The notes: generated by a model not told the origin, from the letters alone. Counted from the stretch's first letter, positions 17,827-25,497 are shown. The stretch is DNA of 64,000 nucleotides from an uncultured Lentimicrobiaceae bacterium (GCA_964420555.1 CAYQTT010000005.1:151613-215612), one strand, 5' to 3'. Numbers and translations: made by a program.

Positions 17827-18162
17827 ATGAATTCGAAACTAATTTCATTAAGCCCTAATTACACAATCGTCACCGGCGATCATGTATTCGAAGCCCAGCA
17901 AACAACCGGCGGGAAAAATATTATCTCTGTCGATATCGCCGGTTATGTAGGTGCGGATTCGCAGCTTCAGCTGGAGCAATCCGTTGACGGCAGTGGATGG
18001 GCACCGGTACCGGGAAGCATGCAGACGCTTGCAGCCGGTCAGACAAACCACCAGTGGAACGACTCAATTCATCCTGCCGGTACTTATTTCCGTGTGAAAG
18101 TGTACAAGGGGACAGCCGCTCAGGGAGTAATAACCGATATTAAACTATTGAGCAGTGAGTAA
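17827..18162 (+). CDS. Hypothetical phage protein (beta-rich, possible carbohydrate-binding module)
   Basis: 111-aa ORF in the fibre region. Confidence 0.35.
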   Translation: MNSKLISLSPNYTIVTGDHVFEAQQTTGGKNIISVDIAGYVGADSQLQLEQSVDGSGWAPVPGSMQTLAAGQTNHQWNDSIHPAGTYFRVKVYKGTAAQGVITDIKLLSSE

Positions 18163-18349
18163 TACAGCTATCAATATTGGTACTGCTTCAGGCTCAGTAC
18201 CAGGCGGATCATCCGCAGAACTTTTAAGCCCTGATAATACCCGGCGCATCAGGTACCGCGATGGGTCATTCGTAACCGAGGCAACAATCACCCCATTAGG
18301 GTTTGCCGGTGTGGAAAACACGGATTGGGAATTAATCAGTAACCTTTAA
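18155..18349 (+). CDS. Hypothetical small phage protein
   Basis: 64 aa, overlapping the preceding gene by 8 nt. Confidence 0.3.
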   Translation: MSNTAINIGTASGSVPGGSSAELLSPDNTRRIRYRDGSFVTEATITPLGFAGVENTDWELISNL

Positions 18350-18365
18350 TTTTAAAATAGAAACA

Positions 18366-19193
18366 ATGAAAAGAATTATTTTACTGGCAGCGACAGTGCT
18401 GCTAACTAGTGCGCTGCACGCGCAGAAATTCAGTTTCAAAGGTAAGTACCCGATTTTAATTGAGGAGAAAACCATAAGCGGAGAAAAGGTTGACAGTTGG
18501 GATGCAGCGGTAGCTGACCTGGAAAATGACGTTGACCTGGAGGGCGTGTTTGTGAAAAGGAGCGACAGCGCCTATGCGAAGCCGGGCGGTTATACAAGCC
18601 GATATGATTTTAAGACAGAACCAACAAAACATGAAATTGTAAAGTCATTAAATAGTGCTGGCGCTGGAATAAAGTTAGCACCAACAGTGGCGGTGGGAGC
18701 GTCAATGACAACCAATAACCAGTTAGTCGATGCACGAGCTTCTTATGTCCATTGTACGGTCACGGATACGGTAGTTGTAACATCAATCCATTATAGTATG
18801 GCAATAGCCGGAGTTTATACCGTAGATGGGTCTGAATTTAATGGAATAGCTATATATTCTGTGTCTGGCACTACGGCTACAAGAATTGCAATGACAGCAA
18901 ATACGGCTACCGCTTGGAGCATTCCGGCAAATGATTTTAGTACCTTGAATCTTACTGCTCCCGTGACCTTGTACCCAGGGGAATACTATGTAGGTTTCCT
19001 GTTTAATTTTCTGGCGCAAACAACTGCGCCCACTATTCAAAGTATTCAGCCGGGAAATTTATATACGTCAATGCCTTTAAGCAATAACAGGCGGCTTGGG
19101 ATATTCTATTCTGGAGTCGCGCAGTTTCCCGCAAGCTTTACAGTTGTCAGCACACAGGTGCTGGGAATACTTCACAATTTTATCGGTAAATAA
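18366..19193 (+). CDS. Secreted protein with Sec signal peptide, prophage-encoded
   Basis: 275 aa. MKRIILLAATVLLTSALHAQ is a classical SPase I signal ending in ALHA-Q. Confidence 0.55.
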   Translation: MKRIILLAATVLLTSALHAQKFSFKGKYPILIEEKTISGEKVDSWDAAVADLENDVDLEGVFVKRSDSAYAKPGGYTSRYDFKTEPTKHEIVKSLNSAGAGIKLAPTVAVGASMTTNNQLVDARASYVHCTVTDTVVVTSIHYSMAIAGVYTVDGSEFNGIAIYSVSGTTATRIAMTANTATAWSIPANDFSTLNLTAPVTLYPGEYYVGFLFNFLAQTTAPTIQSIQPGNLYTSMPLSNNRRLGIFYSGVAQFPASFTVVSTQVLGILHNFIGK

Positions 19194-19194
19194 G

Positions 19195-20835
19195 ATGAAA
19201 AAAATATTGATGATTATATTGGTACTTAGCGGTTTGTTTGTTCAGGCCGCTAATACTTATGTTACGACTGGAGGAAGTGATGTAACCGGAACCGGAACTG
19301 TGGGAAACCCGTGGCAAACCGCTAAAAAGGGAATTGAAAGTACTGCTTCCGGTGATACCTGTATTTTTGGGGCTGGAACTTTCAATATAACTGCTCCAAT
19401 TGATCTTCCTCTCGGCGTTAAATTCAGAGGGGTTGATACTACATCAACTATTTTTAACTGCACATATACCGCATCAGGTTCTATAGCTGCATGGTCAGCA
19501 ACGATAACGAATGGTAACCATTATATAAGTCGAATTAAATTTGTTGGAAATGGAGTTGCATATAATGCTATCCACATCACCCGGAGATCAAACGTTACTA
19601 TTGATCGGTGTGCTTTTGTTAACTTTAAATCTGGAGGAGTTTACGCAACGGACGCCTACGATAATTATGTCAATAGTCCAGCTGTTAGTGGTATTAATAT
19701 TTACAACTCACAGTTTATTGACTGCTCCCGCTTTTTGTCTGCCGGTAGTTATGGAGCCATTTGGCACCGGGGGGTGAAGGATTATAGTATTCTTAACACA
19801 ACTGCTATCGCTAATTTCCTGCCCGGAGATTCAGCCGGATTTCTTATTAAAGGCTCTAATATAAGCAACGTTCGGATTAGCAAATGTAATCTTCAAATTT
19901 TAGGGCATAATGATGCTACTCATTGGGCTTTTGCCATTGAGTACAACAATGTGAAGGGAGGTATTCAGATTGATAGTAATAATCGAATTCAAGGGGTAAT
20001 TGATTTTTCAGGGGATTATTGCATGAAAGGTATTTATGATTATTCTCTTTGGATACATCACAATGTCCTTGGCCATTTAAGTAACTCATCTCGTTTTCAA
20101 GATGGGATTTATTTAGAAAATTATTCTCAAAATTCCTCAATGGATATGTCGGATGTCCTCATTGAAGACAATACCATTGATCGTGTCAGTCGCGGGATTG
20201 TGATCATGAAAGTTGCCACAATGAACCAAACCCAAATGAAGCGTGTGACTGTAAGGAGAAACGGAATTACTAATGTAGGTACTGATATAACAGGTTCAAA
20301 TGGTTGGGGTGTTACTTGGTTAGGGTCTGGCGGTTCACTAAGAGATTTTTATTTCTACAATAATACGATCACTGCCGCAAATATTCCTACCAGATCACAA
20401 TTGGTTGGTATTAATATCCCGGTTAACAATTGCACAACCCGCAACTGGAGACTTGCTAATAATATAGTAACGGGGTTTGACAATGCTCCTATTTTTACTG
20501 ATGGAAGCTTTGTTACAGGAACTATTGATAGCTTATACATGCAAAACAATCTATTTTATCTAAATGGTAACAGCAACGATCCGAAATGGTGGGGCGTGGT
20601 TCCTACTAATATTTTTAGTTCAGGAAATTTGAAGGTCGATCCGATGTTTACTGGCTCTTTCGGGCTTCAATACGGTTCACCGGCTATAGATGTGGGGCTG
20701 AATGTGGGACTGCCTTTTTACGGTGCAGCTCCGGACATAGGAGCATATGAGTATTATGTTGCCCCTGTGGAAAAGCGGGTAGCCAGATACACTAACAAGA
20801 TAGCCAGATATACAAACAAAGTAGGGAGGTACTAA
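19195..20835 (+). CDS. Secreted right-handed parallel beta-helix protein (pectate-lyase-fold; depolymerase/tailspike-like)
   Basis: The ATG at 19195 gives MKKILMIILVLSGLFVQAANTYV (signal peptide). PbH1-like repeats are present (ISRIKFVGNG..AIHITRRSNVTIDRCAFVNFKSGGVYA..INIYNSQFIDCS). The ORF-track start at 19096 overlaps the previous gene. Confidence 0.6.
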   Translation: MKKILMIILVLSGLFVQAANTYVTTGGSDVTGTGTVGNPWQTAKKGIESTASGDTCIFGAGTFNITAPIDLPLGVKFRGVDTTSTIFNCTYTASGSIAAWSATITNGNHYISRIKFVGNGVAYNAIHITRRSNVTIDRCAFVNFKSGGVYATDAYDNYVNSPAVSGINIYNSQFIDCSRFLSAGSYGAIWHRGVKDYSILNTTAIANFLPGDSAGFLIKGSNISNVRISKCNLQILGHNDATHWAFAIEYNNVKGGIQIDSNNRIQGVIDFSGDYCMKGIYDYSLWIHHNVLGHLSNSSRFQDGIYLENYSQNSSMDMSDVLIEDNTIDRVSRGIVIMKVATMNQTQMKRVTVRRNGITNVGTDITGSNGWGVTWLGSGGSLRDFYFYNNTITAANIPTRSQLVGINIPVNNCTTRNWRLANNIVTGFDNAPIFTDGSFVTGTIDSLYMQNNLFYLNGNSNDPKWWGVVPTNIFSSGNLKVDPMFTGSFGLQYGSPAIDVGLNVGLPFYGAAPDIGAYEYYVAPVEKRVARYTNKIARYTNKVGRY

Positions 20836-21170
20836 TGAAAACAGCAATCATGATTGACATCGTGCTATGCCTGCTGGGCATAATGATCTATTTTATTAAT
20901 CGATACGCAAACAGAAGCCGCAAAACACGCCCGAGTTTAAGTTATTGGTGGGCTGATAACTGGCCTGAATTTATTGCTACAGTGGCGATGAACCTGGCAC
21001 TGATGATCATCATCCACCTGCCTCAAACTTATGTAAGCCTTGATAGGCTATTTACCGGCTTGCCGTTTGATATTAAAGTCTCAGGCATTCCGGCTCTTTC
21101 TTTTGCGCTTGGACTCGGGCTTACAGCATCCTTTTACCGGATGTTCAAGTCAAAGGCAAATCTGAAATAA
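20835..21170 (+). CDS. Integral membrane protein, 3-4 TM (holin or superinfection-exclusion candidate)
   Basis: 111 aa with several hydrophobic helices. The start overlaps the upstream stop (TAATG). Confidence 0.45.
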   Translation: MKTAIMIDIVLCLLGIMIYFINRYANRSRKTRPSLSYWWADNWPEFIATVAMNLALMIIIHLPQTYVSLDRLFTGLPFDIKVSGIPALSFALGLGLTASFYRMFKSKANLK

Positions 21171-21220
21171 AAAAAGAGGCCTCTGCCTCTTGATAGCCGG
21201 TCTCACGCGGCTAAAAAGTA

Positions 21221-21288
21221 CAGGTGCACGAACACCTTCGACAAAGGCCCTTTAAAGCCTTATCGGTGTTCGTGCACCTGATTTTTTT
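21221..21288 (+). terminator. Long stem-loop plus T-run
   Basis: CAGGTGCACGAACACC (21221..21236) pairs perfectly with GGTGTTCGTGCACCTG (21265..21280). The loop is 28 nt and ATTTTTTT follows. Confidence 0.7.
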
Positions 21289-21296
21289 AAATAAAA

Positions 21297-21671
21297 ATGA
21301 GCAACTACGATGCGTCTGGGTACCTGGATGGAGTGGAAGTTGTCCGCGAAGATTACAAGGTTATTTACAACCGGTTCAAGTCTGTGCCGGGTGTTGTGTT
21401 CCTGATTGATCCACCCTACCTATCGACTGACTGTTCCAGTTACGAAAACTACTGGAAGCTGAAGGATTACCTGGATGTAATGCTTTGCCTGTTCGACAGC
21501 TCCTACTATTATTTCACCAGCAACAAAAGCAATATAGTAGAGTTGTGTGAGTGGATTGCAACCAACACCGGAGGGATTAATCCGTTCGATGGAGCTACAA
21601 CAGCAACGATGTCGGTCAGCCCTTCGTATAATACCACCTACACTGACATGATGATATACAAGTATATTTAA
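21297..21671 (+). pseudogene. N-terminally truncated Dam-family (D12 class) N6-adenine DNA methyltransferase
   Basis: 124 aa containing motif IV (VVFLIDPPY) and the C-terminal region (..FTSNKSN....TDMMIYKYI). There is no FxGxG AdoMet-binding motif I region. The ATG lies 16 nt after a strong terminator. Confidence 0.55.
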
Positions 21672-21693
21672 ACAACGTTTAAACGGTAATTAA

Positions 21694-21729
21694 AGAGGCG
21701 CGATTAATAACCGCGCCTCTGTCTTTTTT
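21694..21729 (+). terminator. Intrinsic terminator at the end of the phage-type gene block
   Basis: AGAGGCGCG (21694..21702) pairs with CGCGCCTCT (21712..21720), followed by gtcTTTTTT. Confidence 0.7.
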
Positions 21730-21907
21730 ATCACATTTCGTTTTACTTTTGTGTCACATTTGGTTTTTGCGATTATATACCTATTATTAATTCAATAAAC
21801 CTTCACACACCAAAAAATGACATGTGAAAGCTTAGTCGGGAAAGGCATGGCGGTATTTAACAGCAGTATTTCAATTCAAGTCGTGACTGAATCAGGTATT
21901 TAGGGAA

Positions 21908-23359
21908 TCACTCTGCGATTTTAATCCATTTCCCGCTGTCAACTATCTGATTATCTTTTATAAACTGGTAGAAGTAAACACCTGTATTGAGGTTCGTTGT
22001 TGATATATTGTTGTTGCCTGTTTCAATATTTTTTTCAATAATAAGTTTCCTGATTGAGTTGTATATCAGTAGTTTAGATAAAGAAATATCTGATGTGAAT
22101 TCAAAATCGTTACCTGGATTAGGAAAAACAACTATATGCTTATTTTTAGGTGGTTCATTTATGCCTTCGAAAAACGATCCATCCGGATTAATTTTCATTA
22201 TAATTACATCATAATCCTGGTTTGTTTTGTTGTGCCAGTCCCAGTAATTGCCAATCCACAGGCAACCGCCATCTGTAGTAGCCAACGGAAAACCGGCATG
22301 TATCCACCCCATTCCATCGTAACGTTTCATCCAGTTGACAGAACTGTTTATATTGGTACAGTACAGAAGCATCTGGTTATCAATCTCTGAAAATTCAGGC
22401 ACAGGATAGTTTGGCATTTGCGAAAGCGAAGAAAAGATATTCTCAGTCGAAATAAAATCCATACCCTTCATCTGATCATTCGTATCAACGGAGCCAAATG
22501 AAAATACATTCTCCCATATCCCATTGTTGAACACACCCCATGAACCTTCAAATCCTCCGTCATAATTATAGGTTCTTCCTGGTACTAAGTACGATGTGCC
22601 ATCTATGGTTTTAGGTTTAAAAATCTCAAGCATGGTGCTTGGATATACGCCTGAAGGTACTATATACAACTCCTTTACATAGGCAAAGTTTGAATCGATT
22701 TCAACAATCCTATTTACCGTTAATAAATTATAACAATGATTTTCGGGCAATTCGATAATACTTGAATATGGCATATACTCTGAATAAATATACTCCCGAA
22801 TCGAGTCCCCGTCAACTGTCATTTCCCTGCAAAACGAATAAAAGCTGTTAAAGTCTAAAGAATTGCACTTCCCTGGTATTACAATGTTACCGTTTGAATT
22901 TATTATTAAACTTCCATACGATGTGTAAAAACCGGGTTTATAAATAGTGGTATCGTGCTGAAGCTCAAAATCAAATCTATAACGCATAATCCTGCATGAA
23001 ACAGGTGTGGCCTGCAAATTATCCATAGAGTATGCTCCCTGGATTAAAAACTCATTGCCGTAGGGTACTAATTGAGTTATCCTGAAATTAAGGCTGTCGG
23101 TATTATAGTAAAATACAAGGCTGTCGAGTATATTGCCTTGCGAATCGGTTTTAAGTAAAATATCGCGGTGTGCACTGCGACCGGGATCGCCATTCCACTC
23201 GCCGGCTACCATGTAAATCAAATAGCCTCCATCGGGGGTATTTATCGAAGTATAGGCATATTCATCTTCGCTGCTGATAAAATGTTTGGTAAAGGATTGG
23301 CAAATAACCTGAAGTTCTAATGCCAGTAAAAGGATTAAAGTGATAAAAGTTGTTTTCAT
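21908..23359 (-). CDS. Secreted protein with T9SS C-terminal sorting domain
   Basis: The ATG at 23359 gives MKTTFITLILLLALELQVICQ (signal peptide). The C-terminal ~70 aa (..ISTTNLNTGVYFYQFIKDNQIVDSGKWIKI) are Por_Secre_tail-like. The ORF-track start at 23608 is an AT-rich upstream extension. Confidence 0.65.
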   Translation of the reverse strand: MKTTFITLILLLALELQVICQSFTKHFISSEDEYAYTSINTPDGGYLIYMVAGEWNGDPGRSAHRDILLKTDSQGNILDSLVFYYNTDSLNFRITQLVPYGNEFLIQGAYSMDNLQATPVSCRIMRYRFDFELQHDTTIYKPGFYTSYGSLIINSNGNIVIPGKCNSLDFNSFYSFCREMTVDGDSIREYIYSEYMPYSSIIELPENHCYNLLTVNRIVEIDSNFAYVKELYIVPSGVYPSTMLEIFKPKTIDGTSYLVPGRTYNYDGGFEGSWGVFNNGIWENVFSFGSVDTNDQMKGMDFISTENIFSSLSQMPNYPVPEFSEIDNQMLLYCTNINSSVNWMKRYDGMGWIHAGFPLATTDGGCLWIGNYWDWHNKTNQDYDVIIMKINPDGSFFEGINEPPKNKHIVVFPNPGNDFEFTSDISLSKLLIYNSIRKLIIEKNIETGNNNISTTNLNTGVYFYQFIKDNQIVDSGKWIKIAE

Positions 23360-23634
23360 TATGGAGGGTTGTTTTATAAAAAAATACTCAAAAAGGGATT
23401 GTATTCTTACATTAGTTTCGGATTTGATTGAAATATAAAGTTTGGTAAATGAATCAAAATTAGTAGGATCATTATAAGCTGCATTGATAAATTGTATCAA
23501 ATGTAAATAATATCCTGAGGTCAATACATCTAATTGAAAAATATTTGTTATTGTCGAACAACTCAATTGAAAATAATAATATTGATCATTGTTGTCCGGT
23601 AAAATCAATCAGAAAACGTTACAATGCTTGATAT

Positions 23635-23777
23635 ATATCGTCCCTACGGGACTTCACTTCACTAGGGTTGTTTTTATATTCTACCAATATTTCGCCCCTA
23701 ACGGGGCTGTCCCGTAGGGACAAGATATTGGTAGAAAATAAGTTAGAAGAAGGTCAAAGTCCCGTCAGGGACGATAT
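23635..23777. repeat. 143-bp nested-palindrome element built from GTCCC-N3/4-GGGAC hairpins
   Basis: The outer inverted repeat is ATATCGTCCCTACGGGACTT (23635..23654) with AAGTCCCGTCAGGGACGATAT (23757..23777). The inner stem is TTCTACCAATAT (23679..23690) with ATATTGGTAGAA (23725..23736). It encloses GCCCCtaacGGGGC and GTCCCgtaGGGAC. Confidence 0.8.
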
Positions 23778-23849
23778 GTTTTTTTAATCTGACATTAATA
23801 ATATCGAATATTGAATGTCGAATGCATCTCTTATTCCATCTCCATTTTC

Positions 23850-23965
23850 CACGCCTCTCCTTGTCTCGCTAGGTCACCCCTCGCCTTGTCGCCTTGTCGC
23901 CCCTCGCCTTGTCCTCTCACCTTGTCTCCCCTCACCTAGTCCCCCTTCCCCTTGTCTCACTGTCC
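23850..23965 (-). repeat. Word-stutter island, GACAAGG(C/T)GAGGGG(C/A) family (read on the minus strand)
   Basis: The plus strand reads ..ctccttgtctcgctaggtcacccctcgccttgtcgccttgtcgcccctcgccttgtcctctcaccttgtctcccctcacc.. It lies directly 3' of the DUF218 gene. Confidence 0.85.
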
Positions 23966-24694
23966 CTAAATCCACCCCCTCAACCTATAATACCCCAGAC
24001 CGAAATATTCGCGTAAAACCAGGATTTCCAGTTTCAGGTGAGTCCAGAACTGATAACGGACCTGCAGGTTATTGCCGATAGGAGGAGCCATTTTATTGCC
24101 TTTCAGATCGCTGTCCTTAAACGAAAGGTCCGATTCGAGAGAGTGTTCGAAGGTAGGCAATCCGCTTACTTTTGTAAAGCCACATTTGCGGAAAGCGAGC
24201 ACAGCGCGTTTCATATGCTCGGGCGAAGTAACCAGTGTAAGAGGTTCGTTCAATTGTGAAGGTGATTTACCGGCAGCCAGTTTCTGCGCCTGTTCGCGGG
24301 TATTGCGGCCTGTGTTTTCGAAGTGGATGCGTTCTTTGGCGATGCCGCGCAAAAGTATTTCGCGGGCTGTGAGTTGCGCTGCGCCTGTGCTGTCGGACAA
24401 ATCGCCAGGTATTGAAATAACGACGGCCGCATCCGGATTCGCTTGTGCCAGTCGGGCGGTATAATAAGCCCTTAACAAACCACTTTCACTCGGTATGCCG
24501 GTGCCGCTCAATAAAACAATGGTGCGTGGAGGTGCTGTAATTTTACTGTTAGTGGTTCCCAGGTTGTAATATGCCCAATAAGGAAGCGTGGTGAGTGCCA
24601 GGATACAAAACGTAAGGAATATAAAACCGCCGGTAATCAACAAAACTTTCAGAATCTGCCAAATGCGGCTGTTTTTTTTTTTCATTTTCTTCAA
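23966..24694 (-). CDS. DUF218 / YdcF (ElyC/SanA-like) family membrane-anchored protein
   Basis: 242 aa with an N-terminal TM. Segments such as RTIVLLSGTGIP and LVTSPEHMKRAVLAFRKCGF are typical of DUF218 proteins. Confidence 0.65.
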   Translation of the reverse strand: MKKMKKKNSRIWQILKVLLITGGFIFLTFCILALTTLPYWAYYNLGTTNSKITAPPRTIVLLSGTGIPSESGLLRAYYTARLAQANPDAAVVISIPGDLSDSTGAAQLTAREILLRGIAKERIHFENTGRNTREQAQKLAAGKSPSQLNEPLTLVTSPEHMKRAVLAFRKCGFTKVSGLPTFEHSLESDLSFKDSDLKGNKMAPPIGNNLQVRYQFWTHLKLEILVLREYFGLGYYRLRGWI

Positions 24695-24757
24695 AGCGAT
24701 TTTATACCTGCTTCAATGTCAGCTTTTGAATATTTTTTGATAATCACAAAATTACTC

Positions 24758-24994
24758 TTATCAATCTCATCAATCCCCTCAATCCCTTCAATCCGCTGGA
24801 AGAGACAAGGCGACAAGGCGAGGGGCGACAAGGCGAACTTCTAACCGGAATCCCTTAAATCCTATCAATCTCATCAATCCGTTGAAAGAGACAAGGCGAC
24901 AAGGCGAGGGGCGACAAGGCGAACTTCTAACCGGAATCCCCTCAATCCCCTCAATCCCGTCAATCCCCTCAATCCCATCAATCCCATCAATCAC
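24758..24994 (+). repeat. Composite repeat island: TCAATCC 9-mers, 54-bp perfect direct repeat, 6 x 9-nt tandem array
   Basis: The 54-mer agagacaaggcgacaaggcgaggggcgacaaggcgaacttctaaccggaatccc occurs at 24801..24854 and 24887..24940. The array (C/G/A)TCAATCCC x6 at 24941..24994 runs into the stop codon of the upstream gene. Confidence 0.9.
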
Positions 24995-25497
24995 CTCTGA
25001 ATAAGAAACAACGGCGTCTCAATCACATTACTGTTATTCAGGTCGCGGTCGCGGATATAGATTTCGAAAGCAATAGTGTCGCTTTTTAATATTTGCCGGG
25101 CAAAATACAGTTCGAGGTACATCGTAATATCACCTTTAATATTTTTATTTCGCCCAACAGGGGTAAGCAATGGAATACGGCCATTAAAAGTAAGGGTGCT
25201 GTCAACTGGTTTTACTTCAACCAGTTCGTTGTTGACTAGCTCCATGAATTTTAGGTAGAAATTGTATTTCTTTGGTTCCACCGTATCCCAGGCGAATAGC
25301 CCGATATTGCCATCTCCATCGGTGTACGAAATGCTGATTGCTCCCAGAGAATCCTTGCCTGTAATATCCTTAGCTGTTGCAAATCCGCCAAACTCAATGT
25401 GTGGAATTATCGGATACTGTTCTTCCTTAATGCAGGAGGTAAGCCCAGCCACGATCGAAATCAGCAGAAAAAATGTTATCTTTGTGTATATTTTCAT
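24991..25497 (-). CDS. Lipoprotein of unknown function
   Basis: 168 aa. MKIYTKITFFLLISIVAGLTSC ends in a lipobox Cys. Confidence 0.6.
   Translation of the reverse strand: MKIYTKITFFLLISIVAGLTSCIKEEQYPIIPHIEFGGFATAKDITGKDSLGAISISYTDGDGNIGLFAWDTVEPKKYNFYLKFMELVNNELVEVKPVDSTLTFNGRIPLLTPVGRNKNIKGDITMYLELYFARQILKSDTIAFEIYIRDRDLNNSNVIETPLFLIQR

Larger units (their letters stand above)
1..21730. mobile_element. Prophage (partial, left part outside window): Mu/P2-like myovirus packaging, head, lysis and contractile-tail modules
   Basis: Uninterrupted run of phage-type genes (terminase, portal, protease/scaffold, capsid, endolysin, sheath, tube, tape measure, baseplate) with tightly overlapping starts and stops. 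Content switches to host-type genes after the terminator at 21694..21729. The right boundary is approximate. Confidence 0.8.

Noticed and set aside
15736-20835. Diversity-generating retroelement associated with the tail-fibre region
   Set aside because: No reverse transcriptase ORF is present in the window. I could not see a template/variable repeat pair near the C-termini of the fibre-region genes. This is only an eye scan; a self-alignment allowing A-to-N mismatches would be decisive.
21224-21409. 61-aa ORF (+) upstream of and overlapping the Dam fragment
   Set aside because: It reads straight through both arms of the 16-bp terminator stem, and its translation has no methyltransferase motif I. 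It does not supply the missing N-terminal half.
23360-23608. N-terminal 83-codon extension of the T9SS cargo ORF, and similar track extensions at 19096..19194, 43957..43989, 44240..44269, 50087..50149, 41601..41651 and 7455..7499
   Set aside because: In each case an internal ATG is followed immediately by a canonical signal peptide or a conserved N-terminus. The extension is AT-rich and low-complexity, or it overlaps the neighbouring gene.
23815-24081. 88-aa ORF (+) and the 68-aa ORF at 24788..24994 (-), with Pro/Ser/Leu- or Gly/Ile/Asp-rich translations
   Set aside because: The open frames are by-products of the stop-free word-stutter repeats. The first also overlaps the 3' end of the DUF218 gene on the opposite strand. 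There is no start context or recognisable domain.
24758-24994. Possible CRISPR array (repeated 54-bp block with intervening sequence), and similarly at 47202..47336
   Set aside because: There are only two copies of each long repeat. The 'spacers' are themselves made of the same short words, no cas genes are nearby, and the repeats are too long and internally repetitive for CRISPR repeats.
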